The translations under genes and the position numbers were made by a program. Below are positions 9,040-18,645 of a stretch of 64,000 nucleotides of DNA, one piece after another. The DNA is from an uncultured virus (IMG/VR IMGVR_UViG_3300014680_000032) (lineage: Duplodnaviria; Heunggongvirae; Uroviricota; Caudoviricetes), in the IMG/VR virus record IMGVR_UViG_3300014680_000032. One strand, given 5' to 3'. The notes under the pieces were generated by a model. It saw nothing but the letters and a program-made list of their open reading frames with translations, had not been told where the DNA came from and ran no database searches. How positions within the stretch are numbered: position 1 is the first letter of the stretch; every line of letters starts with the position of its first letter.

Positions 9040-9750
9040 TTAAAACTCCCTATGCATACCAACTACTTTACCTACCAACTTACAACCTTCAGTTAATTTA
9101 ATAATCTGCTCAGGCCATTTTGAGTTAAGCGGTTCTAGATATTTTTCATTACCTTCAATAATTAATTTTTTAAATGTAGCCTCTGATTCACCTTCACATG
9201 CAACAATTACAAGATCATTGGTTTTTAGATCAAACACAGGATAATCAGGATTTACATATATTCGATCACCAGGTTCAAATTTTGGATACATTGAGTATCC
9301 AGTGACTATAAGGCCATAACCATTCTTACCAGCCTTTTTCATTGGTGGAAGCCATTCTATTACTTCCGTATCCTTTAACACAGTTTGAACATCTGTAAAT
9401 GAACCCGCTGCTACCCAAGAAATCACAGGTACTAAATCTCCTTCTATGTTGATTTTATTATTAAGATCAACATTGTTATCAAGTTTAAGATTGGAATCAG
9501 AATTTTTATTTTTTAAAATTTTTTCAATATCTTTGTAGAGCAATTCTTCTGTAGTTAAACCACACCATTTCGCTAACTTCTCTACTGTCTTAATAGTAGG
9601 CGCTTGAAATTGTCCGCTTTCCCAACGGAAGAGTGTAGGTTGAGGCACCCCGGATAATTTACTAAGACCCGTTACTGTTAATCGTTGTGAAAACAAAATG
9701 TATTTCACATTCTTTTCTAAAAGATATTTCTCTTTCATTTTAAGACTCAT
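9040..9750 (-). CDS. cI: CI-like repressor (HTH plus S24 peptidase)
   Basis: N-terminal HTH; VAAG cleavage site; GYSMYP serine and TFKKL lysine. Confidence 0.95.
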   Translation of the reverse strand: MSLKMKEKYLLEKNVKYILFSQRLTVTGLSKLSGVPQPTLFRWESGQFQAPTIKTVEKLAKWCGLTTEELLYKDIEKILKNKNSDSNLKLDNNVDLNNKINIEGDLVPVISWVAAGSFTDVQTVLKDTEVIEWLPPMKKAGKNGYGLIVTGYSMYPKFEPGDRIYVNPDYPVFDLKTNDLVIVACEGESEATFKKLIIEGNEKYLEPLNSKWPEQIIKLTEGCKLVGKVVGMHREF

Positions 9751-9778
9751 TCTTTGGTCCAGGTCTGATAATTAATTT

Positions 9779-9850
9779 TATTCAAAAATGAATAATTTGT
9801 GGAAAACAATTCATCTTCGTATTGACAGCTATTCATTAATGAATAAAAAT
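9779..9850. promoter_or_regulatory. OR-like operators and PR
   Basis: TATTCAAAAATGAATA (9779-9794) and TATTCATTAATGAATA (9830-9845); TTGACA at 9822-9827. Confidence 0.75.
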
Positions 9851-9874
9851 ATTCATCATTATGGAGTCATTGAT

Positions 9875-10108
9875 ATGTGCATGAATATTCAAGATAAGGT
9901 TATTTACCTTTCTAACAACCGAGGTTTGACACAACAGCAAATTTCAGAGCGAACAGGAATTTCTCAAAGTTCTGTTTCAAAAATTGCAAGTGGCGAACAA
10001 AAAGAAGTTGCTTATAACAAAGGTGTTGCTTTAGACGCGTTAGTTGCCTCTGAACAGAAAAGAGAATATGAGGAATCCAAGACAAAACAATTAAATCGAT
10101 CTGCATAA
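9875..10108 (+). CDS. cro: Cro-like HTH protein
   Basis: LTQQQISERTGISQSSVSKI HTH, divergent from cI; GGAG RBS precedes ATG 9875. Confidence 0.85.
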   Translation: MCMNIQDKVIYLSNNRGLTQQQISERTGISQSSVSKIASGEQKEVAYNKGVALDALVASEQKREYEESKTKQLNRSA

Positions 10109-10140
10109 AAACCAATTTTAGGAATGTATGAGGCATAACC

Positions 10141-10515
10141 ATGGCTGAAAAACTTCTTGCAAATGCATCATCGAAATTAACTTTAGAAGAAAAAGCAAAG
10201 ATGGAATGGATTGCCAAACTTGAAGGCAAGAATTCCTTATCTAATCTCATCCGTTCTATGTGTAAGAAAAAGATTTCAGAAGTAGAAGGTGAGATGGCAG
10301 GTAAAAGCTCTCTCGAGGTAATAAAAAACATTTGCACTAGAAAAGTCTCAGAAGCTGAATCTGAATATCAGTTTCTCAGAAATGTTTTTTGTGGGTCAAA
10401 AGATAACGGGTATACCAGAGATACCTTCGAATTAGTGCCTTTACGGGCCGAAAAATCGCGGCATACAAATGCTAGTGATAAATCAGTCCAGCTTGATCTA
10501 CTTAGCTGGAAATAA
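10141..10515 (+). CDS. Putative CII-position regulator
   Basis: Follows cro; N-terminus looks ribbon-helix-helix-like. Confidence 0.55.
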   Translation: MAEKLLANASSKLTLEEKAKMEWIAKLEGKNSLSNLIRSMCKKKISEVEGEMAGKSSLEVIKNICTRKVSEAESEYQFLRNVFCGSKDNGYTRDTFELVPLRAEKSRHTNASDKSVQLDLLSWK

Positions 10516-10548
10516 AAAACCACTCCCTGCGCCAACAGGAAATGGTCT

Positions 10549-10749
10549 ATGGCTGTTCAAACCCTTGGAAGAATGAACGTGAGTAATTTAGCAAATCATC
10601 CCTGCTCAGGCAAATGCACTGATTTTAAAGAAGAACAGTGCTCAACTTGTCTTATAAATCAAGATGCCCCGCATCAAATCGTAAACACTCAAACCGATGA
10701 AGAGAAATTTCTAGATCGTGCATTCAATGCACAAAAGGAGATTTCATGA
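10549..10749 (+). CDS. Small Cys-rich phage protein
   Basis: CSGKC...CSTC; start codon uncertain. Confidence 0.55.
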   Translation: MAVQTLGRMNVSNLANHPCSGKCTDFKEEQCSTCLINQDAPHQIVNTQTDEEKFLDRAFNAQKEIS

Positions 10750-10931
10750 CTTCAGAAAAAAAGGTTTGGCCGTTAGGAACCAATCACACTGATTCTGAGG
10801 GAACGCCGTGGAAGCGTGACGAACAGAACAATTGGTGGTTTTGGCAAGAAAACTTTGGCTGGTCACGCTACGTAGGTCCAGTGAACCAAGCTTTCTTAGA
10901 TTTACGATTTGAGATAGGGACTGAACAATGA
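10746..10931 (+). CDS. Phage hypothetical protein (Trp-rich)
   Basis: Coupled ORF. Confidence 0.65.
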   Translation: MTSEKKVWPLGTNHTDSEGTPWKRDEQNNWWFWQENFGWSRYVGPVNQAFLDLRFEIGTEQ

Positions 10932-11383
10932 TTTTTGAATTAATAAATCCTAGTGATAAATGTACATTTGAAGCGCCAAATTTAAAAATTGCTGCTTTAG
11001 TTACTTGTGTACTTGGAAACGGTCAATACTGTGCAAAAGGAATTGAAAACGACCTTGATGTTCCATTCTTTATTTTTGGTGGGCATGACGAATGGTTTGT
11101 TTCTAATTTTGGGTTGAATTTTAAAGAAACTTATATTCAAGTTCGAAATGAAGAAAAGTTTGACCTGGTAAATAGCTTTAACAGTGTTTTGTTAGGTTCT
11201 TACCTTGACCGTACTGCTTTCTATAAAGCTTATGACTTAATTCAAGATCCAGCTGAGAAAAATAAATGGCGTGAACAATGGTTAGAGGAACGCCGCTCGT
11301 CTTTAAATAATATCTGTAAACGTGCATGGAATTTTGCTGAACAAGTGAGCTTGTATAAACCAGCTCAGGAAGGTGCAGCATGA
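10928..11383 (+). CDS. Phage hypothetical protein
   Basis: Coupled ORF. Confidence 0.7.
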   Translation: MIFELINPSDKCTFEAPNLKIAALVTCVLGNGQYCAKGIENDLDVPFFIFGGHDEWFVSNFGLNFKETYIQVRNEEKFDLVNSFNSVLLGSYLDRTAFYKAYDLIQDPAEKNKWREQWLEERRSSLNNICKRAWNFAEQVSLYKPAQEGAA

Positions 11384-12021
11384 CGGTACGTCCAATTTTA
11401 TTTAATTCAGAAATGGTTAGGGCCATTTTAAATGGATCTAAGACGCAAACACGCCGAATTATTAAGAGTAAAGTTCAAAAAAAAATTGATATAGCTGAAC
11501 ATCTTGGAGAGTTCTTTGCTTTAGAAGATCCAAAATCAAAAATATCTTCATATTTTCAGAAATCTTGTCCTTTTGGAGCAATTGGCGACCAGCTTTTTGT
11601 TCAAGAGACGTATGGCACCAAAATTAGAAGTTTAGGTGGAACTCCTCATGAGTCATTTGTCTACAAAGCAGATAACCCAAATGAAATTGCTTATTACGAC
11701 TGTAAGGGAAAGGGGTATCCAGTTAGATGGAAGCCATCTTCTCGTATGCCTCGTAAAGCATCACGTATTTTGCTTGAAATAGTTGATATCCGTGTTGAAC
11801 GTTTACATGAAATTAGTGATGTAGATGCTAAGGCTGAAGGTTTTGATAAACCTAAAACTGATTCAACTATGCAAAGCAATAATTCTCATAACCCAGTTCT
11901 TAACTTTCAAAAACATTGGGAAGCAATAAAAGGTAAAGAATCTTGGAATGAAAACCCTTGGGTTTGGGTGATTGAGTTCAAGGTTAAGCAAGAGATAATT
12001 TTTTCAATGGGGAACTTTTAA
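11380..12021 (+). CDS. ASCH/PUA-like phage protein
   Basis: RPILFNSEMVRAIL.G.KTQTRR and WNENPWVWVIEF. Confidence 0.8.
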   Translation: MTVRPILFNSEMVRAILNGSKTQTRRIIKSKVQKKIDIAEHLGEFFALEDPKSKISSYFQKSCPFGAIGDQLFVQETYGTKIRSLGGTPHESFVYKADNPNEIAYYDCKGKGYPVRWKPSSRMPRKASRILLEIVDIRVERLHEISDVDAKAEGFDKPKTDSTMQSNNSHNPVLNFQKHWEAIKGKESWNENPWVWVIEFKVKQEIIFSMGNF

Positions 12022-12581
12022 TGGAAAAGTTCGTCTTCAAAAAAATAGGTGAATATAAGTCAGACTGGGCTTTAGCTTATGTTGATCCAAATAATTTATA
12101 TAGTGCTGGCGGTGGACGTCTAACAGTCGTTTTAAGTAGTTTTACCGGTTCCGCTTTCTTTTCTCATGTTGGTCAACCAACTTTTAAAGAGTTCATTGCC
12201 CAATGCCATGCTCCTTATTTACTTAATAAACTTTTTCCTAAAATTGAAAAGTGGGTAGATGTTGAGGATGGTAATGAAGTAATTGAATACATAGCTATCA
12301 ATAAGCTATCTGAATTAAAAGATGGTCGATCAAGTGGCGCAATTTCCAAAAAAGATCTTAGAAATTTTTATGAACACCTTAAAGAAATTGAATTCGAATG
12401 TTTTTCAAATTTCTTTGACCAGCTCACTTTTAAAGACCGATCAATCATGTGTGAACTGTTTGGTGAAGACTGGCTTTGGGAAAGTGGGCCATCCAAATTA
12501 AATCCTGATTACGTATACCTCGAAAAAATGCTGGTAGATGTGATTTCTGAATTCAAGAAATTAATTGGATTGGATGGGTGA
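12021..12581 (+). CDS. Phage hypothetical protein
   Basis: Coupled ORF. Confidence 0.7.
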   Translation: MEKFVFKKIGEYKSDWALAYVDPNNLYSAGGGRLTVVLSSFTGSAFFSHVGQPTFKEFIAQCHAPYLLNKLFPKIEKWVDVEDGNEVIEYIAINKLSELKDGRSSGAISKKDLRNFYEHLKEIEFECFSNFFDQLTFKDRSIMCELFGEDWLWESGPSKLNPDYVYLEKMLVDVISEFKKLIGLDG

Positions 12582-12973
12582 GCGATATGAAAAATAAACT
12601 CATCGTTGACCGCAACCAAGCTAAAAAAATCCGCGATAGGGAAATATGCGAAATAGCGGTAAATATGCGAATTAAGGAAGGGGAAAACAATCAATTTCGT
12701 GCGAGAAAAAAATTTCTCAATCAATTTTTTTGGGTAGCTGAACCCCTTTGTAGCATTAAATGTGGACCTGAAAAATTCTATGGGCATTTTTCCTGTGATC
12801 CAATACCTGAAGGTTGGAGCCGTTATACACATGATAGACCAGGAAGTAGAGTTAATTTCGGTGAACATCGCTTTTTAGTTGAGTGCACTGAAGTTAAAGA
12901 ATTTAAATATTCTGCAGGGCAGTTATTCACTGTTTTACTAACGATTAAAAAAGTTAATGGTGGTGCATTATGA
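12578..12973 (+). CDS. Phage hypothetical protein
   Basis: Coupled ORF. Confidence 0.65.
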   Translation: MSDMKNKLIVDRNQAKKIRDREICEIAVNMRIKEGENNQFRARKKFLNQFFWVAEPLCSIKCGPEKFYGHFSCDPIPEGWSRYTHDRPGSRVNFGEHRFLVECTEVKEFKYSAGQLFTVLLTIKKVNGGAL

Positions 12974-14448
12974 ATATGTGCCTCAACCTTAACTTATTAC
13001 CTCATGAATTGATTGTTGATAATTTTGCAGGTGGGGGGGGAACATCTACTGGCTTAGAAAAAGCCTTTGGCCGTCCCGTTGATATTGCTATTAACCACGA
13101 TCCTAAAGCAATTGCAATGCATCGTGCTAATCATCCAAATACTCGTCATTTTTGTGAGGATGTTTGGGATGTTGACCCTGTAAAAGTTACTAACAATCAG
13201 CCTGTAGGACTGGTTTGGCTTAGTCCAGATTGCAAACACTTTTCTAAAGCAAAAGGTGGAAAACCGGTTGAAAAGAAAATACGTGGTTTAGCTTGGATTG
13301 CTCTTAGATGGGCTGACTTTACACGACCACGTATAATCATGCTCGAGAACGTTGAAGAGTTCAAAACTTGGGGCAGACTAGGAAAAGATGGATTCCCGAG
13401 TAAAAAGCACAAAGGTGAAACATTCAGGTGCTTTGTTAATGCATTACGTCATCAAGGTTATAAAGTTGAATGGCGAGTAATGAGTGCTCGGGATTACGGA
13501 TCTCCAACACTAAGAAGACGGTTTTTTCTTGTTGCTCGCCGTGACAATTTTCCTATAGTTTGGCCCAAGCCTACGCATGCTGCACCAGATAGCAAAGCAG
13601 TTAAAGCTGGGAAATTAAAACCATGGCGAATCACTGCAGAATGTATAGATTGGTCGATTCCTTGCCCAAGTATTTTTACTCGTAAGAAACCTCTAGTTGA
13701 GGCAACTTGTCGCCGTATAGCAAATGGTTTAGTCCGTTATGTGATCAATAATCCAGAACCATTTATTGTTCCAATGGATAAGGTTAAAAGCGTTGCCCCA
13801 GTACTTACTGAGTGTGCAAATGCATCTAGCCCAAGATGTATGCCTATTGATGAACCTTTACGCACAATTTGCGCAGGGGTGAAAGGTGGGCATCATGCGT
13901 TAGTTACTGCGTTCATTGCTAAGCATTATACGGGTGTAGTTGGTAGTGATATTCGTGAACCACTTCATACGATTACTGCAAAAGATCATAACAGTTTAGT
14001 CGTCAGCAACCTGGTGAAACTGCGTAATAACAACATTGGTCAACCAGTAGATGAACCATTACACACCATTACTACAAGTGCGGGTCATTTTGCATTGGTA
14101 CAAGCATTTTTAACTGCCTTCTACGGTAGTGAGAAAGACGGAAATAGCATTCATGAGCCACTTCGTACGATACCAACACGTGATCGTTTTGGCCTTGTAA
14201 TGGTTAAAGGTGAGCTGCACCAAATTGTTGATATTGGCTTCCGTATGCTTCAGCCAAGAGAACTATTCACTGCACAAGGTTTTGAACCTACTTACATCAT
14301 TGATCATGGGATCGATGAACATGGAAACACTATCAAATTAACTAAGACAGAACAGGGAAGAATGGTAGGTAATTCTGTACCTCCTCAATTCTCTGAAGCT
14401 TTAGTACGTGCAAATTTTGCACATGAACACTTATATGAGGCAGCTTAA
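12970..14448 (+). CDS. C5 cytosine DNA methyltransferase (orphan)
   Basis: FAGGGG, SPDC, ENV, RRRFF and GNSV motifs. Confidence 0.93.
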   Translation: MNMCLNLNLLPHELIVDNFAGGGGTSTGLEKAFGRPVDIAINHDPKAIAMHRANHPNTRHFCEDVWDVDPVKVTNNQPVGLVWLSPDCKHFSKAKGGKPVEKKIRGLAWIALRWADFTRPRIIMLENVEEFKTWGRLGKDGFPSKKHKGETFRCFVNALRHQGYKVEWRVMSARDYGSPTLRRRFFLVARRDNFPIVWPKPTHAAPDSKAVKAGKLKPWRITAECIDWSIPCPSIFTRKKPLVEATCRRIANGLVRYVINNPEPFIVPMDKVKSVAPVLTECANASSPRCMPIDEPLRTICAGVKGGHHALVTAFIAKHYTGVVGSDIREPLHTITAKDHNSLVVSNLVKLRNNNIGQPVDEPLHTITTSAGHFALVQAFLTAFYGSEKDGNSIHEPLRTIPTRDRFGLVMVKGELHQIVDIGFRMLQPRELFTAQGFEPTYIIDHGIDEHGNTIKLTKTEQGRMVGNSVPPQFSEALVRANFAHEHLYEAA

Positions 14449-14451
14449 GAA

Positions 14452-15481
14452 ATGGCAAGATCTAGAAATATTAAGCCCTCATTCTTTATGAATGAAGACA
14501 TTATTGAATTACCTTATGAAGCACGATTGCTATTTATAGGGCTTTGGACTTTAGCAGATCGCGAAGGCCGACTCGAAAATCGACCTAAGAAAATCAAAAT
14601 GTCTTTATTTCCTGCAGACGATATAAACGTTGCAGAACAGTTAGAGAACATTTCTAAGTTTGGTTTTATCGAGTTATATAACGCTGATGGTATTGATGTT
14701 ATCCATATCGTTAACTTTGTTAAACATCAAAACCCACATGGTCTTGAGAAAGATAGTGAGCTACCTGACAGAAATGGCATCTACACTGTCTATCAACGTA
14801 ATCCAAAAAACAAAACAATTGTTGGAAAGGCAATTCAGCTAAATAAAGCTGATTTAAAGCATTTTTACGATAAAACAGGTCCATTTGCCCCTCAAAATAC
14901 TGGTTCTGCTGTTGAAAACAGTTATCAAGAAAGTGAATCGAATCAAGCAAACAGTAGTGGAAACACACAAGAACAGTTAGATAACGGTTCTAAAACTGTT
15001 TCTATCTCAGACCAAAACGCCCTGATTCCTGATTCCTTTAATCTGAATCCTGATTCCCTTAATCTGAATCCTGATTCACTGAATCCAGAAGGGAATAACA
15101 ACTCCGCCGTTGGCGAAGTTGATTCATCGACTCAAGCAAAATTTAGTTTCAAGAGTGCTTTGAAAAAAAATGGTGTACCTGAGAAAGACGCTGCTGAGTT
15201 CTTACAAGAAAGCTCAAAACACCGAAAACGCTTTTGACGCACTTTTGAATGAAGCCCAAAAAGCAGGAATCACACTTCAGCAAGCCGTCGAATATTGTTT
15301 GAAAAGACAAAATCCTTGGGGTGCCTTCAAAGCATCTTGGTACCTAAACGAAAAACCCGAAATGACTACTGGTCAACAGTCAAACCATCAATCGTTACCA
15401 CGCAACGTAAATGATCAATGGGGAGCGCCAAAGAAATATGAACCGGTTGCTCACACAGCTGTGAAGGGTGAGTTGATATGA
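14452..15481 (+). pseudogene. Phage replication initiator split by a frameshift near 15205
   Basis: N-terminus MARSRNIKPSFF...LFIGLWTLADREG. The C-terminal domain (AVEYCLKRQNPWGAFKASW) continues in another frame and its stop overlaps the loader start. Confidence 0.75.
15021..15084 (+). repeat. Iteron-like 21-bp tandem repeats inside the initiator (putative ori)
   Basis: CCTGATTCCTTTAATCTGAAT / CCTGATTCCCTTAATCTGAAT / CCTGATTCACTGAAT. Confidence 0.7.
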
Positions 15482-16242
15482 ACGCAGTGCCTCAAAAATT
15501 GGAATATAAAATTTCCCATACAAACCAGATCTGTAAGATCCACAAAGAACAAATGATCAATGTACATGGTCGAATCGTTTGTCAGTCTTGTGTTGAAAAA
15601 ATCATGAAGCAGTCAAATGAAAAATATGAAAGCGATAAGAATATTCGTATTTTAAATTTGAAAATGGCTCGAGCTGGTATCCCTAAAAGACATGTAAATA
15701 GCGGCTTTAGCAACTATGCAGTAACTCACAAAGGACAAGACAAAGCTCGTAAAACTTGTGAAAAGTTCACTATGGATTTCAATGCAGGTGTTTTTAGAAA
15801 TTTACTCCTTGTTGGTCGTACTGGAACAGGTAAAACCCATCTAGGTTCATCTATTCTGAAAAATATCATCATTAAAAACTGGGAGGCTATTTACATTACG
15901 TCTGCAGACTTAGCTGAAGATATTGCGGGTGCCTATCGCCGTAGCGGTGATAGCGAAGATGAAGCACTAAAACGTTATGTGGGCAAAGATTTATTAATTA
16001 TTGACGAATATGGCTTACATGACCGTGCTGAAAAACGTCCTCACCTGCTTGAGAGTGTTCATAAGGTTCTACTTACTCGTTATGACGAGATGAAGCCAAC
16101 AGTAGTGATTTCAAACCTAAGCCTTTCTGAGGTTCGCGATGATCTTGGGGACCGGCTTTGGTCAAGATTTCAACATGATGGCTTAGATATTGTGGAATGT
16201 GATTGGGATGATGCTCGTATAGGTGGAGGTAAAGCACAGTGA
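15478..16242 (+). CDS. DnaC/IstB-like helicase loader ATPase
   Basis: Walker A GRTGTGKT, Walker B LLIIDE, ISNL motif. Confidence 0.9.
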   Translation: MNAVPQKLEYKISHTNQICKIHKEQMINVHGRIVCQSCVEKIMKQSNEKYESDKNIRILNLKMARAGIPKRHVNSGFSNYAVTHKGQDKARKTCEKFTMDFNAGVFRNLLLVGRTGTGKTHLGSSILKNIIIKNWEAIYITSADLAEDIAGAYRRSGDSEDEALKRYVGKDLLIIDEYGLHDRAEKRPHLLESVHKVLLTRYDEMKPTVVISNLSLSEVRDDLGDRLWSRFQHDGLDIVECDWDDARIGGGKAQ

Positions 16243-16772
16243 ACGCATTTGTTGATATGAAAAAATCTGAATACGCATTAGTTGCTTACTCAAACGTAGC
16301 AGCTAAATCTAAGGAGCGAAAAGCATTAGAAAAAGCAGTTAAGAAATGGCTGAAACATCCTGGTAATAAAATTCGACACGTTGAGTCTATAGGGCGTGAT
16401 CTCAATATGCCTCACGGCACCGGACCTATGTATAAGCGTTTATGTTGTCGTTGCGAAACTTGTGTCGAATGGGCGCTTTCAACTGGTTTAATCAAATCTA
16501 AGCCAAAACCAGTTGTAAAACGTGGTCCAGATGCTCGCCAATTGCGTATTTTGGCACAGAAAAGCCAATTGACCCCCTACGCTACAGCTTTTAATGAAGA
16601 TTGGGATTTACTGGCCTTAGAAGTGGATTATTCAGTTACGGCATTTCAACTTGAACGTATTTATCAAGGTCGTTCTGAAATTGATCACAACTTTGTTTGG
16701 AATCGAGTTAAGCGTGTAGCTGATCGTTTAGTTGCTGAAAAGTTAAGAGCTAAAGGGGGTGGGTGCAAATGA
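16239..16772 (+). CDS. Phage hypothetical protein with Cys cluster
   Basis: CCRCETC; coupled to the loader gene. Confidence 0.7.
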   Translation: MNAFVDMKKSEYALVAYSNVAAKSKERKALEKAVKKWLKHPGNKIRHVESIGRDLNMPHGTGPMYKRLCCRCETCVEWALSTGLIKSKPKPVVKRGPDARQLRILAQKSQLTPYATAFNEDWDLLALEVDYSVTAFQLERIYQGRSEIDHNFVWNRVKRVADRLVAEKLRAKGGGCK

Positions 16773-17017
16773 AATCTAAAGCAACCAGCAAAAAACGCTC
16801 AAAAAAATACAATCCAAACAAGCTAACCCCGACCCAAGTTCAAGCTAATCAGAAAAAGGCTTAACTACGAAGAGAAGCAGCTCAAGAATATGAATGCAAT
16901 ATGGGGTCCATTTCATAAGATGTAGGGACTAGATGGAAGCAGAGAAATTTAAAGAGAGAGGTTAATTGAGCATTTTCTAAATTACTTAATAGTACCAACT
17001 TGAATAAGGGCAGCTAA
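16769..17017 (+). pseudogene. Decayed phage gene (MKSKATSKKRSKKYNPNKL...)
   Basis: Start overlaps the previous stop; the protein-like frame carries several in-frame stops, the first at 16862-16864. Confidence 0.55.
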
Positions 17018-17058
17018 TACTAAATCAGCCATTTTTAGGTTTGAGCGCTTTTTTCGCT

Positions 17059-17092
17059 AGGTCTATTTCTTAAAAAAGAAATAGACCTTTTT
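17059..17092 (+). terminator. Intrinsic terminator
   Basis: AGGTCTATTTCT-TAAAAA-AGAAATAGACCT followed by a T-tract. Confidence 0.75.
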
Positions 17093-17227
17093 ATTAGGAA
17101 TTACTATCTTAATATTTTGATATTACTTCAAAATTTAAAATAAAAAACTTTGAGTAAATTCTTGTAATATTAATTTAATAATTCTATATTATAGAATAAG
17201 AGGAAATTATGAAATGGAATTTGTAAC

Positions 17228-17683
17228 ATGCCACAATATCTTTTTCTTGCTGAGACTATTTACAAAAAAATGAAAAATGAAAAACTATTTTCTAAAGATG
17301 TTTTAGAAAATATGTATATTCTTATGAAGGTGATTCGAAAAGAAATTAAGGGTACAGAATATAAGCTGAAATATAATTTTATTGATTTCAATGAAGTACT
17401 GAGTAAAAGTAAAAATGATTGTAAGGTAAAGATTGATGTAAGTTTGATTCCTTCTTATAATTTAAGAGAAGAATACATTTTATGGTTAGCTGGGTTTATT
17501 CAAAAAATTACTGAAGGGGGCCCTAAGCCACCCCCTCCTATCAAAGAATATATTCCCGAGTTTATAAATTTGGAATCGGAATTAGATTTTTTAACCTTAA
17601 ATTTAGAAAAAAATCAAAATAATGGGGAAGAGATTGTAAATTATTTTAATTCCAAACATTATAAAGCAACTTTTAAAAAATAG
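17228..17683 (+). CDS. Very AT-rich accessory (moron) protein of unknown function
   Basis: 151-aa ORF isolated between terminators. Confidence 0.65.
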   Translation: MPQYLFLAETIYKKMKNEKLFSKDVLENMYILMKVIRKEIKGTEYKLKYNFIDFNEVLSKSKNDCKVKIDVSLIPSYNLREEYILWLAGFIQKITEGGPKPPPPIKEYIPEFINLESELDFLTLNLEKNQNNGEEIVNYFNSKHYKATFKK

Positions 17684-17868
17684 TTTTCTTAGTCCCGTTA
17701 ACTAATTTTAGAAGTTTTATTCTTTTTGAACTTTTACTTTTTTGTAGCAGCAAAGAAATTAACTTTGCTAAAAGCTATAATTATAATATTTGTAATAATT
17801 TTAAATTTTTTTAGATACTTTTTTAAAAAAAATATTGATTCTTCAAAGAAATTCATTTAATTTAATAT

Positions 17869-17946
17869 TGCTAAGTAGCCATACTTAGTATTTCAGGTTT
17901 ATGTGGATTTCATAAGCTCATTTCTGGTTCGGAAATGAGCTTTTTT
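17869..17946 (+). ncRNA. Candidate small RNA
   Basis: TTGATT(17835)-17-TAATTT(17858) promoter; hairpin CTAAGTA-GCCA-TACTTAG; terminator AGCTCATTTC-N7-GAAATGAGCT plus T-tract. Confidence 0.45.
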
Positions 17947-17955
17947 AATTCTTTG

Positions 17956-18051
17956 TTATTTCTTATAATGGGTTTTTATAATCATGTAAAATAAAAATGA
18001 TAGAATGATCAAAATTGCTGAGAGTACAAAAGCTACGATGATAGTTTTCAT
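17956..18051 (-). CDS. 31-aa hydrophobic peptide, type I toxin-like
   Basis: MKTIIVAFVLSAILIILSFLFYMIIKTHYKK; promoter TTGACA(18113-18108)-17-TACTCT(18090-18085). Confidence 0.55.
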   Translation of the reverse strand: MKTIIVAFVLSAILIILSFLFYMIIKTHYKK

Positions 18052-18518
18052 TTTTTGATGCTTTTTTATGAAGAAAACTTTTAGAGAGTAATATTTTAGC
18101 TTTTTTCTGTCAATATACTCCTATTATTTTAAGAAATATTATTCTAGTGAGTTTATCAATTAAAGAATCAAGCTTATTTAAGTTGTGGATAAATATAATA
18201 TTTTATGTAATTTATGGTTGATGAAAAAGAGAATTTCTGAGTAAGAGTTATAAAAGTTTTAGATTTCTAAACAACCCCTAGGTAATAATTTTATAATAAA
18301 GGGAAACTAGATGTGGCCTTTAAAATTTTGGTGTGTGATGCAAATCCTACGTAAAAAGGGTTTGGATATTAAATTACTAAAAAGAAGGAAATGATAGGGG
18401 CCCCTATCCTAAAAGTGCTGACACATTGGTAAGTAGGACCAGCTCGATGTTTTTTTGAGGATCAATATATTTTGCATATATAAAAGAGAGCATTTTTTTA
18501 CAAACAAAAATAATGAAT

Positions 18519-18559
18519 TGGAACAAGGGTACTTCTAAATAAATCTAACGGTTAATAAT
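18519..18559 (+). promoter_or_regulatory. Late-type promoter TGGAAC-N29-AATAAT
   Basis: One of 13 copies of the motif. Confidence 0.6.
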
Positions 18560-18645
18560 TCTGGAACTAAGTGTTTTTAAGGATTATGTCATGCAAGAAG
18601 AGCTTCAAGTTTATGTAAATCTTACTTGCTTGATTTGAGGTCGTT

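Noticed and set aside
15021..15084. CRISPR array
   Set aside because: Tandem in-frame repeats without spacers, and no cas genes; better explained as iterons.
18562..18567. Extra TGGAAC copy
   Set aside because: No -10-like hexamer at 28-29 nt.
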